From Eubacteriales bacterium (GTDB taxonomy: Bacteria; Bacillota; Clostridia; Oscillospirales; QAKW01): a stretch of DNA of 51,854 nt. Where the stretch lies: NCBI GenBank assembly GCA_045538295.1, contig JAZSRD010000034.1, positions 1 through 51,854 of the forward strand, written 5' to 3'. A program made the translations under genes and the position numbers. Positions 1 through 10,028 of this stretch are shown here, one piece after another (positions within the stretch are counted from its first letter, which is position 1; every line of letters starts with the position of its first letter). Below the pieces are notes generated by a model that worked only from the letters and a program-made list of their open reading frames with translations, was not told the DNA's origin and did no database searches.

Positions 1-1
1 C

Positions 2-187
2 ACCGTTGAATTCACCTTGCAAAACGGAAAGACCGAAGTGATGAAATTCTATTCCGTAACTGAGCTGAAGTGCTTCTGTGAACTGAACGGCTCCGGTCAT
101 TTTTGGGTCAGCACCTTAAATGTGGATAAGATTTTGGAAAACGCCCAAAAACTTTACGATGGCGATGTGATCAGCCTAGAGTGGTAA
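2..187 (+). CDS. 3' end of a CDS truncated by the window edge (hypothetical)
   Basis: Open frame 2 from the window start (TVEFTLQNGKTEVMKFYSV...ISLEW) to TAA at 185-187, followed directly by the RBS of the next gene. Confidence 0.6.
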   Translation, partial: TVEFTLQNGKTEVMKFYSVTELKCFCELNGSGHFWVSTLNVDKILENAQKLYDGDVISLEW

Positions 188-200
188 AGGAGAGAAGGAT

Positions 201-1187
201 ATGTTCTTAACGATTGACGAAATGAAGGATCTGGTTGTTGGCGCTGTGGAAATGGAATTGCGGGATGGATTGTTCCATTTTTACCGCTTCACTGCTGAGC
301 AGGCAGAAACCTACCTGACAGTGCATAACAACGAAGATTTTTATACTAAAACCTTTGCCACTGCCGGTGTGCGGCTGGAGTGCGAGACCGATGCCGCATC
401 CATTGGGTTTCGGTTTGAGGCAAAACGCTGTTCCTCCCGGCATTTCTGCCGGTTTGATGTATATGTAAACGATGTGCTTATAAACCACATGGAGGCCAAG
501 GACCTGGCAGACGATTGGGAAGGGGAATTCCGTATGGATCTGCCGGCGGGGGAAAAGAAGCTTACGCTGTATCTTCCCAATTTATTTGGCATGGCCATCG
601 GCGATGTGGAACTGGCGGATGCCACCTATGCAAAGCCCTGCGCCCATCAGTACACCATGGTGTGCTACGGGGATTCCATTACCCAAGGGTATGATGCGGT
701 TTGTCCCTCCCTTTCCTACGCAAACCGCATGGCTACGGTGCTGGATGCCGCGGTGGTTAATAAGGGCATCGGCGGCGATCGTTTTAATCCTGCTCTGCTT
801 ACGGTGGATGACGGAGTGGAACCGGATCTGGTAACGGTTACCTATGGCACCAACGATTGGAACGGTGCCACCCGGGAGGAACTGGAAAAGAACCTTGCCG
901 GCTTTATGAAAGGGCTTGCAGAGCGGTATCCCAATGCCAAGGTATTTGTGGCAACGCCCATTTGGCGGGGCAACTATCTGGCTACCGATAAAAAGGCAGG
1001 CTCTTTTGAAAGCGTTACAGAGCTTATAAAAGCCGAGGCGGAAAAATATGGCTATACCGTAATCCCCGGCATGGAATTGGTTCCTCACGATCCCACATTC
1101 TTTGTGGCAGATGTACTGCACCCAAACGATATGGGGCATTTGTGGTACGGGGAGCAGCTGGCAAAGGAGATCCGAAAACACCTGTAA
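201..1187 (+). CDS. SGNH/GDSL family hydrolase (esterase) with N-terminal accessory beta domain
   Basis: Block motifs YGDSITQG, NKGIGG, YGTND and DVLHPN; AGGAG RBS. Confidence 0.85.
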   Translation: MFLTIDEMKDLVVGAVEMELRDGLFHFYRFTAEQAETYLTVHNNEDFYTKTFATAGVRLECETDAASIGFRFEAKRCSSRHFCRFDVYVNDVLINHMEAKDLADDWEGEFRMDLPAGEKKLTLYLPNLFGMAIGDVELADATYAKPCAHQYTMVCYGDSITQGYDAVCPSLSYANRMATVLDAAVVNKGIGGDRFNPALLTVDDGVEPDLVTVTYGTNDWNGATREELEKNLAGFMKGLAERYPNAKVFVATPIWRGNYLATDKKAGSFESVTELIKAEAEKYGYTVIPGMELVPHDPTFFVADVLHPNDMGHLWYGEQLAKEIRKHL

Positions 1188-1221
1188 AAAAACGGTGCTA
1201 TCCTATATAAATAAAAAAGAC

Positions 1222-1250
1222 TTGCATTTTTTGAAACACCGTGGTATACT
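1222..1250 (+). promoter_or_regulatory. sigma-A promoter of the rimP-nusA-infB operon
   Basis: TTGCAT-N17-TATACT with extended TG. Confidence 0.7.
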
Positions 1251-1268
1251 ATGTATAGTTTGAATAAC

Positions 1269-1303
1269 AAGGAGGTTCGCGAAAACGAACCTCCTTACCT
1301 TTT
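1269..1303 (+). promoter_or_regulatory. rimP leader hairpin (putative attenuator)
   Basis: AAGGAGGTTCG-cgaaaa-CGAACCTCCTT 11-bp stem followed by interrupted U-tract ACCTTTT, lying between promoter and rimP RBS. Confidence 0.6.
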
Positions 1304-1321
1304 GCTCGAAAGGAGAACCGT

Positions 1322-1783
1322 ATGAAAGAAAATATCGCAACAAAGGTAGAAGCCTTGGCAAAGCCGGTGGCAGAGAACCTGGGTTACGAACTCTTTGATG
1401 TGGAATATGTAAAAGAGGGACCCGATTATTTCTTGCGGCTGTATATCACCAAGGAAGAGGGGATCGCCATTGAGGATTGCGAGGCCATGTCCCGGGCCGT
1501 GGATCCTTTGCTGGACGAAGCAGATCTGATCAAGGATCACTACTATTTGGAGGTTTCTTCGGTGGGGTTGGATCGCCCTTTAAAAAAGGAAAAGGATTTT
1601 CTTTATTTCATGGGCGAGATGATCGAAGTGAAATTGCACCGCCCCCAAGAGGGCAGTGATTATTGGGTGGGGCGGCTTATCGCTTATGAAAACGGCAGCT
1701 TTACCATTGATGCCAAGGGTGTGGAAATAGCCTTTGCTGTTAAGGATGCAAGGCTGATCCGTCCCTGGGTGGATTTTTCGTAA
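1322..1783 (+). CDS. rimP: Ribosome maturation factor RimP
   Basis: YYLEVSSVGLDRPL motif; first gene of the nusA operon. Confidence 0.95.
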   Translation: MKENIATKVEALAKPVAENLGYELFDVEYVKEGPDYFLRLYITKEEGIAIEDCEAMSRAVDPLLDEADLIKDHYYLEVSSVGLDRPLKKEKDFLYFMGEMIEVKLHRPQEGSDYWVGRLIAYENGSFTIDAKGVEIAFAVKDARLIRPWVDFS

Positions 1784-1824
1784 AAACAGACTGATAGATA
1801 TTTAGGAGGAAGAAGGAAAAAACA

Positions 1825-2871
1825 ATGAAAAACGCAGAATTTTTTAAGGCATTGGATCTGATCGAGGCAGAAAAGGGTATTCCTGCCGATTACATGATCG
1901 AAAAGGTAGAGGCTGCTTTGTTGGCCGCTGCCAAACGGGCCTACGGCACTGCTGATAATGCAGAGGTGATCGTAAACCGGGAGAAAAACGAGATCAAACT
2001 GATGCAAAAGAAAACCGTGGTAGAAACCGTGACCGATCCGGTGCTGGAGATCTCCTTGGAGGAAGCCCACGATACCGTTTCCAAGCGGCTAAAGCTGGGC
2101 AGCGAAGCCAAGGTGGAGATTAAAACCAAGGAGTTTGGTCGTATTGCCGCTCAAAACGCAAAGCAGGTGATCATCCACGGTATTCGTGATGGTGAGCGTG
2201 GCTTGCTGTATCAGGAGTTCAACAGTAAGGAAAGCGAGATCATCACCACCACCGTAAATCGGGTAGAGCCCAACGGTAATGCGATTTTGGATATTGGCAA
2301 GAGCCAGGCCATGCTTATTAAAAACGAACAGATCCCCGGCGAGGTGCTCAACCCCGGTGATTTTGTAAAGATCTATGTGGTGGAAGTACGTGAAGCCCAA
2401 AGAGGACCCCAGGTACTCATTTCCCGTACCCATCCCGGCTTGGTAAAACGGTTGTTTGAACTGGAAGTGCCCGAAATCTTCGATGGTTCCGTAGAGGTGA
2501 ATGCCATTGCCCGTGAGGCAGGCAGCCGCACCAAGATTGCTGTTTCTTCCCAGGATGAGAATGTGGATCCCGTGGGTTCCTGTATTGGTAGCCGGGGTGC
2601 CCGTATTACCAAGATCTGCGAAGAGTTGAAAGGGGAAAAGGTGGATGTGATCCGCTACAGCGAAAACGCCGAAGATTACATTGCTTCTGCTCTGGCACCT
2701 GCCAAAATTTTGAGCGTGGCTGCCGATGAAGATACTAAAACCTGCGTGGTCGTGGTAAGCGATGATCAACTCTCCCTGGCTATTGGTAAAGAGGGGCAAA
2801 ATGCCCGCCTTGCCGCAAAACTGACCGGCTATAAAATCGATATTAAGCCGCTTTCCAAAGTGGGTGATTAA
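1825..2871 (+). CDS. nusA: Transcription termination/antitermination factor NusA
   Basis: FGRIAAQNAKQVI, IAREAGSRTKIAV, LSLAIGKEGQNARLA. Confidence 0.97.
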   Translation: MKNAEFFKALDLIEAEKGIPADYMIEKVEAALLAAAKRAYGTADNAEVIVNREKNEIKLMQKKTVVETVTDPVLEISLEEAHDTVSKRLKLGSEAKVEIKTKEFGRIAAQNAKQVIIHGIRDGERGLLYQEFNSKESEIITTTVNRVEPNGNAILDIGKSQAMLIKNEQIPGEVLNPGDFVKIYVVEVREAQRGPQVLISRTHPGLVKRLFELEVPEIFDGSVEVNAIAREAGSRTKIAVSSQDENVDPVGSCIGSRGARITKICEELKGEKVDVIRYSENAEDYIASALAPAKILSVAADEDTKTCVVVVSDDQLSLAIGKEGQNARLAAKLTGYKIDIKPLSKVGD

Positions 2872-2874
2872 GCT

Positions 2875-3147
2875 TTGGCAAAAGAACGTAAAATACCAAT
2901 GCGGATGTGCCTTTGCTGCAGAGAAATGAAACCCAAACGGGAACTGTGCCGGGTGGTGCTCAATAAAGAGGGTGCCATTTCGGTGGATGTTACCGGCAAA
3001 GCGCCGGGCAGGGGGGCTTACCTTTGCCGGGAGCCGGAATGTGTAAAGAAACTCACCAAGACCCGGGCGTTGGACCGTGGTTTTGCCCGTGAGGTTCCGG
3101 AAGAGGTTTATCTGCAGCTTCAAAAGGAGCTGATGGAACGTGAATAA
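2875..3147 (+). CDS. ylxR: YlxR/RnpM family RNA-binding protein (DUF448)
   Basis: PMRMCLCC and GKAPGRGAYLC motifs; position after nusA; TTG start. Confidence 0.92.
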   Translation: MAKERKIPMRMCLCCREMKPKRELCRVVLNKEGAISVDVTGKAPGRGAYLCREPECVKKLTKTRALDRGFAREVPEEVYLQLQKELMERE

Positions 3148-3442
3148 GTTTTTATCAACACTGGGGCTTGCCCGCCGGGCGGGAAAGCTGAATTACGGTT
3201 TTGATATGGTAATGGCGGGGCTTGGGAACACCGCACTTCTGCTGCTGGCAGAGGATTGTGCACCCAGAACCTGCAAAAATGTACAACAAGCAGCGGAGGA
3301 ATGGGAAATTCCCTTATACCGCCTACCTTATACCAAGGACCAACTTGGCGCCAGTATCGGCACAAAACCGGTGGGGATCATCGGAGTTGCCGAGCGGGGG
3401 TTTGCCCGTAGCCTGGCGCAATCCATCGAAGGGGGTAAATAA
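3140..3442 (+). CDS. ylxQ: L7Ae/YlxQ family RNA-binding protein
   Basis: [15 protein letters not shown] and LGASIG motifs; conserved position before infB. Confidence 0.88.
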   Translation: MNKFLSTLGLARRAGKLNYGFDMVMAGLGNTALLLLAEDCAPRTCKNVQQAAEEWEIPLYRLPYTKDQLGASIGTKPVGIIGVAERGFARSLAQSIEGGK

Positions 3443-3444
3443 TT

Positions 3445-5937
3445 TTGGATCAGAAATACAGAGTGCATGAATTTGCAAAAGATATGGGTCTTAAAAGTGC
3501 AGAGATCATGGAGTTGCTGGATCGCTTGGAAACCAAGGAACGCACCCACATGGCAGTGCTGACCCAAAGAGAATTGGATTATTTGTTCAATTACTATACC
3601 AAGAAAAACGAAGTGAAGGACTTTAACGCCTATTTTGAACTGGCAAACCGTCCCGATCCGGAAGGGGCAAAGCCCGAGCCTAAAAAGGAGGCGCCCAAGA
3701 AAGAGGTGCCCAAGGCTGAAGAGGTTAAAAAAGAGGAACCCAAGAAAACAGGCCCTCGCCTGATCTCCAAGGCAGAGCCCAAGCCGGAGCCTAAGCCCGC
3801 ACCCAAGCCGGCACCGGCGCAAAAATTGGCAGAAAAACCGGTGCAAAAGCCGCAACCTAAAAAAGAGGCGCCCAAGCCTGCAGAAAAGCCTGCACCCGTA
3901 AAGCCGGTGCAGCAACCCAAGAAAAAGGAAAAGGGTCCTCGCCAGGTGCAAAGCTATGAGCGCACCGTGCGTGTGGTTGATACCCGTGCCCAGGATGTAA
4001 ACCTGGGTAAATACGACGATAAGCTGATGGACCTCGCCAGCAGCCATGAAAACCGGAACACCGCCGGCGCTTCCAAGCAGAAGATCCAAAAGAAAAAGGA
4101 TTGGCAGCGCCAAGGTCAGTATGGCATGAAAAAGAAGAAAGAAACCGAGGCAGAGCGCTTGAAGAGAATTGAATTGCAAAGAAAGCAAGCAAAAATGAAG
4201 ATTTTGGTTCCCGACGAGATCTCTGTGGGCGAACTGGCACTGCGGATGAAGGTGAATGTGGCGCAGGTGGTGAAAAAGCTGATGTCCTTGGGCATCATGG
4301 CCGCTGCCTCCCAGATCATCGACTATGATACCGCATATCTGGTAGCCGAGGAATTCGATATTAAGGTGGAAAAGGAAGTGATCCTTTCCATTGAGGATCG
4401 CCTGATCGACGACCGTGAAGATGCAGCAGAAGAATTGCAAAAACGCTGCCCGGTAGTGGTAGTAATGGGTCACGTTGACCACGGTAAGACCTCCTTGCTG
4501 GATGCTATTCGCAACGCCAATGTGGTGAGCGGTGAGGCAGGCGGCATTACCCAGCATATCGGCGCTTATAAGGTACAGTGCAACGGGGAGGATATTACCT
4601 TCCTGGATACTCCGGGACATGCGGCATTCACCGCCATGCGTGCCCGTGGCGCCCTGGCTACCGATATTGCCATTTTGGTGGTAGCTGCCGACGACGGCAT
4701 CATGCCCCAAACAGTAGAGGCCATCAACCATGCTAAGGCTGCTGAAATTCCCATTATCGTGGCCATCAATAAAATGGATAAACCTACCGCAAACCCCGAT
4801 CGGGTAATGCAGGAGTTGACCGAGTATGAACTGGTTCCCGAAGCCTGGGGCGGCGACACCATTTGCGTGCCCGTTTCTGCTTTGCAGCACGACGGTATCG
4901 ATACCCTTTTGGAAATGGTACTGTTGGTTGCCGAAATGCGGGATCTGAAAGCCAACCCCAACCGATTGGCAAAGGGTACGGTGATCGAAGCCAAGCTGGA
5001 TAAGGGCAGAGGCTCTGTGGCTACGGTGCTGGTACAGAACGGTACTTTGAACATGGGAGATACTATTATTGCCGGCACGGCAGTGGGTAAGATCCGTGCC
5101 ATGACCGACGATAAGGGCCGTAAACAAAAAACTGCCGGCCCCTCTACCCCGGTGGAGATCATCGGTTTGGCAGAGGTGCCCCAGGCGGGCGACGATTTCT
5201 TTGTGGTAGAAGACGAACGCCTGGCACGGGAACTGGCAGAACAGCGGAAAAGCGATCAGAAATTGGCATCCCAGAACCAGTATAAGGTATCTTTGGACGA
5301 TCTGTTCTCCCGGATCCAGGAGGGCAATATGAAAGACCTGAACATCATTGTGAAGGCCGACGTTCAGGGCTCTGCCGAGGCAGTGAAAGCCTCCTTGGAA
5401 AAACTCACCAACGAAGAGGTGCGGGTACGGGTGATCCACAGCGGCGTTGGCGGTATTAACGAAAGCGACGTTATGTTGGCAGAGGCTTCCGGTGCGATCA
5501 TCGTGGGCTTTAATATCCGTCCCGATGCCAATGCAAAGGCATCTGCCGAAAAGGCAAATGTGGATATTCGCTTGTACCGTGTGATCTACGATTGTATCGA
5601 AGAGATCGAGGCGGCCATGAAGGGTATGCTGGCGCCTAAGTTTAAGGAAGTGGTACTGGGTACCGCCGAAGTGCGTCAAACCATTAAGGTTTCCGGCGTG
5701 GGAACCGTTGCCGGCTGCTATGTAAAGAGCGGCAAGCTGGTTCGTAATGCTTCCATCCGCCTGATCCGTGATAATGTGGTGATCTTTGAGGGCGCTTTGG
5801 CATCCTTGAAGCGGTTTAAGGACGATGCCAAGGAAGTGTTGGAAAACTTTGAGTGCGGCTTGACCATCGAGAATTACAACGATCTGAAAGAGGGCGACAT
5901 GGTAGAAGCCTTCGAAATGCAGGAGATTAAAGAATAA
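3445..5937 (+). CDS. infB: Translation initiation factor IF-2
   Basis: [21 protein letters not shown] GTPase motifs; Pro/Lys-rich N-terminal linker; TTG start. Confidence 0.98.
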   Translation: MDQKYRVHEFAKDMGLKSAEIMELLDRLETKERTHMAVLTQRELDYLFNYYTKKNEVKDFNAYFELANRPDPEGAKPEPKKEAPKKEVPKAEEVKKEEPKKTGPRLISKAEPKPEPKPAPKPAPAQKLAEKPVQKPQPKKEAPKPAEKPAPVKPVQQPKKKEKGPRQVQSYERTVRVVDTRAQDVNLGKYDDKLMDLASSHENRNTAGASKQKIQKKKDWQRQGQYGMKKKKETEAERLKRIELQRKQAKMKILVPDEISVGELALRMKVNVAQVVKKLMSLGIMAAASQIIDYDTAYLVAEEFDIKVEKEVILSIEDRLIDDREDAAEELQKRCPVVVVMGHVDHGKTSLLDAIRNANVVSGEAGGITQHIGAYKVQCNGEDITFLDTPGHAAFTAMRARGALATDIAILVVAADDGIMPQTVEAINHAKAAEIPIIVAINKMDKPTANPDRVMQELTEYELVPEAWGGDTICVPVSALQHDGIDTLLEMVLLVAEMRDLKANPNRLAKGTVIEAKLDKGRGSVATVLVQNGTLNMGDTIIAGTAVGKIRAMTDDKGRKQKTAGPSTPVEIIGLAEVPQAGDDFFVVEDERLARELAEQRKSDQKLASQNQYKVSLDDLFSRIQEGNMKDLNIIVKADVQGSAEAVKASLEKLTNEEVRVRVIHSGVGGINESDVMLAEASGAIIVGFNIRPDANAKASAEKANVDIRLYRVIYDCIEEIEAAMKGMLAPKFKEVVLGTAEVRQTIKVSGVGTVAGCYVKSGKLVRNASIRLIRDNVVIFEGALASLKRFKDDAKEVLENFECGLTIENYNDLKEGDMVEAFEMQEIKE

Positions 5938-6305
5938 TGGCACATCGTATTGAACGTGTGAACGAGGAAATTCGTAAGGAACTTGCCCGGATCCTTCCCA
6001 CGGTGAAGGATCCCCGGGTTCCCTCGCTAATTTCCATTACGGCGGTGGAAACCACCGGCGACTTAAAGGAATGTAAGGTGTTTGTGTCAGCGCTGAACGG
6101 CAACGAAACTGAGATGTTGCGGGGGCTGAAATCCTCCGGCAATTATATCCGGGGCGCTCTGTCCCGGGGGCTGAAACTGCGCTATACCCCGGAACTCAGC
6201 TTCCACATTGATCCGTCTATTAAGTACGGCATGCATATCAATCAGAAGCTTCATGAATTGGGGCTGAACGGCACCGGAGAAGAGAACGATGAGGAACAAG
6301 AATAA
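5937..6305 (+). CDS. rbfA: 30S ribosome-binding factor RbfA
   Basis: RIERVNEEIRKEL and LRYTPELSFHID; follows infB. Confidence 0.95.
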   Translation: MAHRIERVNEEIRKELARILPTVKDPRVPSLISITAVETTGDLKECKVFVSALNGNETEMLRGLKSSGNYIRGALSRGLKLRYTPELSFHIDPSIKYGMHINQKLHELGLNGTGEENDEEQE

Positions 6306-7242
6306 TTCGCTTATCGAAATAGCAGCGTTTTTGAAGGGTCAGCAACAACTGACCCTCCTTTGCCATGTGCGCCCCGATGGGGATACTTTGGGCTGCGCCT
6401 TTGGATTAAAAGCCCTTTTGGAAGGGTTGGGGAAAGAGGTAACGGTGCTGTGCGCCGATCCGGTTTCTCCCCGCTACCGCTTTTTGAGCGGGGGAGAAGA
6501 GCGTTTGTGCGGCACCCCTGAAGGTGGGATCGTTTGCGTGGATATTGCATCTCCGGACATGGCAGGGGACTATAAAGAACTGGCGTTGCAAGCAGATGTG
6601 GTGATAGATCACCACGCCACCAACCCCTACTACGGTAAGATGAACTATGTAGATAGCCGGGCGGGGGCTGCCGGCGAGATCATGGTGGAACTGGCAACCT
6701 ATTTAGAGGGACTTTCTGCCAAAGCAGCGGAAGCCTTTTATACTGCCATTGCCACCGATACCGGCTGCTTTAAGTATGGTAATACCACCGCATGCACCCA
6801 CCGTGCGGCGGCAGAATTAATGGAAACCGGTTTCGATGTCAGAGCGTTGAATAAATGGTTGTTCCAAACCAAAAGTAAGGCAGAGTTTGAACTCAACCGC
6901 CTGGCAATGGAAACCTTACGTTATTTTGCCGGCGGCAAGGTGGTAACCATGCTGATCTCCCAAGAAATGCTGGCGCAGACCGGTGCCGGGGCAGATGAGC
7001 TGGAAACGATCTCCTCCTTGCCCGGTCAAATTGAAGGGGTGGCTGTGGCCGCTACCTTTAAAGAACTTGCGGCAGGGGAGTATAAGGTTTCTTTGCGTAC
7101 CGACGGCACCGTGCATGGCGGGGAAGTGTGCGCCCTTTTCGGAGGCGGCGGTCACTGCCAGGCGGCAGGCTGTTCCATGGAGGGCACCTATAACGAAACC
7201 GAGCAACGGATGGTTCAAGCCATTTTGCGTGCAATGGAGTAA
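6289..7242 (+). CDS. nrnA: DHH/DHHA1 phosphoesterase (NrnA-like nanoRNase/pAp phosphatase)
   Basis: HVRPDGD, IDHH, TDTG and GGGGH motifs. Confidence 0.88.
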   Translation: MRNKNNSLIEIAAFLKGQQQLTLLCHVRPDGDTLGCAFGLKALLEGLGKEVTVLCADPVSPRYRFLSGGEERLCGTPEGGIVCVDIASPDMAGDYKELALQADVVIDHHATNPYYGKMNYVDSRAGAAGEIMVELATYLEGLSAKAAEAFYTAIATDTGCFKYGNTTACTHRAAAELMETGFDVRALNKWLFQTKSKAEFELNRLAMETLRYFAGGKVVTMLISQEMLAQTGAGADELETISSLPGQIEGVAVAATFKELAAGEYKVSLRTDGTVHGGEVCALFGGGGHCQAAGCSMEGTYNETEQRMVQAILRAME

Positions 7243-7249
7243 AGAAACG

Positions 7250-8131
7250 ATGAACGGAGTATTTTTGATCGATAAGCCGGCGGATATGACCTCCTTCGGC
7301 GTGGTGGCACGGATCCGCCGATTGACCGGAGAAAAGTGCGGTCACAGCGGTACCCTCGATCCCCTTGCCACCGGTCTTTTGCCGGTGATGGTGGGGCGCT
7401 CCACAAAACTTTGCGAACTTTTTACCGGAGGGCGCAAGGGATACATAGGAACCTTGCGTTTTGGCTTGTGTACCGATACCGGTGATATTAGCGGCACCGT
7501 GCTGGGAGAGCAGGAGGGCATGCCCTCGGAAGAAGAATTACGGGCGTTGCTGCCCCGTTTTACCGGCAAGATCGGCCAGCGGCCGCCGGCATATTCCGCC
7601 ATTAAGGTAAACGGCGTGCCCCTTTATAAATTGGCAAGAGCCGGTAAAGAAGTGGAAGTGCCCGCCCGCACGGTGGAGATCCATCGGCTGGAACTGCTCT
7701 CCTACGATGCCGAAAAAATGGAAGCGGTGTTGGCGGTGGATTGCTCCAAGGGTACTTATATCCGCAGCTTGTTTATGGATCTTGCAGAGGCGGCTGGGTG
7801 CCTGGGTACCATGTCGGCCCTACGCCGGGTACGATCAGGGCGCTTTTCGGTGGAGGATGCGATCCCTTTAGAAAGTTTGATGGCAATGCTGGAGCAGGGA
7901 AATGCCGATGGATTGATCCCGGTGGAAAAGGCGCTGGACTTTTTGCCCCGCTTTGAGCCCCAGGATTTCTTTGCCACCTTAATGCGTAACGGATGCGAAA
8001 TTTCGGTTAAAAAACTAAAAAATGTTCCCGATACCCTTTGTACCGTGTATAAACATGAGGAACTTGTGGGATTGGGGCATAAATTTGAGAAAGACGGAGA
8101 GGTCTTATTTAAGATCGTAACACATTTATGA
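7250..8131 (+). CDS. truB: tRNA pseudouridine(55) synthase TruB
   Basis: GHSGTLDPLATG, PPAYSAIKVNG, CSKGTYIRSL; start moved to ATG 7250 (MNGVFLIDKP) from the ORF-track start 6983. Confidence 0.95.
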   Translation: MNGVFLIDKPADMTSFGVVARIRRLTGEKCGHSGTLDPLATGLLPVMVGRSTKLCELFTGGRKGYIGTLRFGLCTDTGDISGTVLGEQEGMPSEEELRALLPRFTGKIGQRPPAYSAIKVNGVPLYKLARAGKEVEVPARTVEIHRLELLSYDAEKMEAVLAVDCSKGTYIRSLFMDLAEAAGCLGTMSALRRVRSGRFSVEDAIPLESLMAMLEQGNADGLIPVEKALDFLPRFEPQDFFATLMRNGCEISVKKLKNVPDTLCTVYKHEELVGLGHKFEKDGEVLFKIVTHL

Positions 8132-8991
8132 CAGGAAACCGTGTGATTGCAATGGGCGATTTCGATGGTGTACATCGAGGTCATCAGCAGATCCTTTGCC
8201 AATTGAAAGAATGGGCGGAGTCGCTGCATGCCGAGGCAATGGTGCTTTCCTTTGATTGCAACACCAAGGGAAAACAGGTGATCACCAACGATGCCATGCG
8301 TGGCTGGTATTTTAAGCAATACGGGGTGGAGCACTGGCAGACCTTAAGCTTTGAACAGTTTAAGGAGATGCCTGCCGAAACCTTTGTGGAGCAGTTTCTG
8401 AAAGAGGAATTGCAGGTGGTTGGCCTGGTGTGCGGTCCGGATCTTCACTTTGGTAAAGATCGGGGCGGCAATGAATTTACCTTGATCAGTCGGGGAATCG
8501 CTGTTAAGAAACTGAATTATACCACTGTGGACGATGTGCGGATCAGTTCCTCTGCTATCCGCAAGCATCTGGAGCAGGGGGAACTGGAGGCGGCAGAAGA
8601 ACGCCTGGGTCATTCCTTTTGCCTCATGGGCAATGTGTGCCATGGGAAAGGGCTTGCCCGCCGCTATGGGTTGCCAACGGTTAATCTACCGGTGTCCCAA
8701 CAACAGTTGCTACCCCCTTACGGCGTATACGCCGCCTGGGTAGAGGTGGAGGGCGTTCGTTACCCTGCCGCCGCCAATGTGGGGGTACGCCCCACGGTTG
8801 AAAATAATGGGGAACCCAATGTGGAGGCCCATATCCTGTGCGAAGTGCCGGATCTTTACGGAAAGGAGATCCGGGTGGAACTAAAATCCTACCTGCGCCG
8901 GGAAATGAAATTTCAAAACGAAGAAGAATTGTTTTTGCAGATCCAAAAGGATGGGGAACAGAGTAAAGCAAGATTGGAGATGCTCAAATGA
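8128..8991 (+). CDS. ribF: Bifunctional riboflavin kinase/FAD synthetase
   Basis: GDFDGVHRGHQ, ISSSAIR, PTVN, NVGVRPT, VEAHI. Confidence 0.93.
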   Translation: MTGNRVIAMGDFDGVHRGHQQILCQLKEWAESLHAEAMVLSFDCNTKGKQVITNDAMRGWYFKQYGVEHWQTLSFEQFKEMPAETFVEQFLKEELQVVGLVCGPDLHFGKDRGGNEFTLISRGIAVKKLNYTTVDDVRISSSAIRKHLEQGELEAAEERLGHSFCLMGNVCHGKGLARRYGLPTVNLPVSQQQLLPPYGVYAAWVEVEGVRYPAAANVGVRPTVENNGEPNVEAHILCEVPDLYGKEIRVELKSYLRREMKFQNEEELFLQIQKDGEQSKARLEMLK

Positions 8992-10016
8992 AATATAGAT
9001 GGATCGCAGGCGTATTGATCTGTGCGATGCTGTGCGGCTTGTGCGGCTGTCATAAATCGGCGGTGCTGCAGGAACGGGAGAATAGCGCCGGCACCAATTT
9101 CGGCGTGAGCCAAAAGAGTGCCCTTACCTTGCAGGATCTTTATGAATTGCGCCCGGGAACTGACCGGGATGCGGTAAAAGAAGCTTTGGGCAGCCCCCAT
9201 AGCTTTATTGTAAGCAATGCCGATACCGAAACCTACCGACTGGCAGACGGTTCTGTTTTGGAACTGGTTTATACCGACGGGGAGAAGATCAAAAGCGCCC
9301 TCTTTACCGATGTGGCAGGAAAGAAACAAGATCTGTTTGCTTATTTAAATACCCTGGGTATTATTAAAAATTATACATCCTCCGGCACGGAAGAAACCAC
9401 CGATACTACGGAACAAGGATCCGAAACCAACGAAGAAGAATTGGATCACCCGGAGGTGGAAGCGCCTCAAACTGCCGTAAACGAGTATTTTTCCTCTAAA
9501 CGGTATAGCTACGATATGGCGGATCAGATCTTAAAGTCGGACGCGGAGCGGGAAACGGTGGTTTCTGCCTTGGGCAAGCCCAATTATTTCAGTTCCGTGG
9601 ATTTTTCTGCTGATAGTTATATCGTGGATGTTTACGTGATGGAAGACGGTAGCAGTCTTTATTTGGATTACGGCTATGAGCGCACCAAGTTGCGGGCAGT
9701 GCGGCAGACCAAGGGCACCGCAATTGCCGACTATTTGGGAAAATGGGAGCCGGCAAAAAAGGCTTCCGGCTTTATTCGCACCACCCGTAATCAGCAGGTG
9801 TTTACTTCCTTGAAAAAGAATACCAAGCCTGCTGAATTCTACCGCCGTTACGGAGAGCCCGATTGGCTGGAGGGAAATGAGAATCACTATCGTGATGCCT
9901 ATCAGTTGCAAAACGGTGCAGTTTTGTATTTGGATTTCGGCGCAGACCATGCAGCCCTTACAGCGGCAGTACAGCAAAAGGCAGACGGTACCATGGTAAA
10001 CTATACCTTAAAATAA
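8988..10016 (+). CDS. Lipoprotein with three internal repeats (BLIP/SmpA-like pattern), function unknown
   Basis: Lipobox LCGC (Cys21); three repeats of the form L.....V...LG.P....Y...DG..L.L.Y; ATGA overlap with ribF. Confidence 0.7.
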   Translation: MKYRWIAGVLICAMLCGLCGCHKSAVLQERENSAGTNFGVSQKSALTLQDLYELRPGTDRDAVKEALGSPHSFIVSNADTETYRLADGSVLELVYTDGEKIKSALFTDVAGKKQDLFAYLNTLGIIKNYTSSGTEETTDTTEQGSETNEEELDHPEVEAPQTAVNEYFSSKRYSYDMADQILKSDAERETVVSALGKPNYFSSVDFSADSYIVDVYVMEDGSSLYLDYGYERTKLRAVRQTKGTAIADYLGKWEPAKKASGFIRTTRNQQVFTSLKKNTKPAEFYRRYGEPDWLEGNENHYRDAYQLQNGAVLYLDFGADHAALTAAVQQKADGTMVNYTLK

Positions 10017-10028
10017 AGAGGCATATTT

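Noticed and set aside
3650-3930. Pro/Lys/Glu repeats in infB as a novel repeat element
   Set aside because: Normal low-complexity IF-2 N-terminal linker
3328-5943. 871-aa antisense ORF opposite infB (and similar ones opposite nusA, nrdD, ftsZ, moxR)
   Set aside because: Mirror-frame shadows of strongly codon-biased genes; no RBS, no recognisable motifs, unnatural His/Gln/Phe-rich composition
6983-7249. ORF-track N-terminal extensions of truB (also ARH, nrdG, mraZ, murG, thrC)
   Set aside because: Extensions overlap upstream genes or promoters; downstream ATGs have RBSs and match family N-termini
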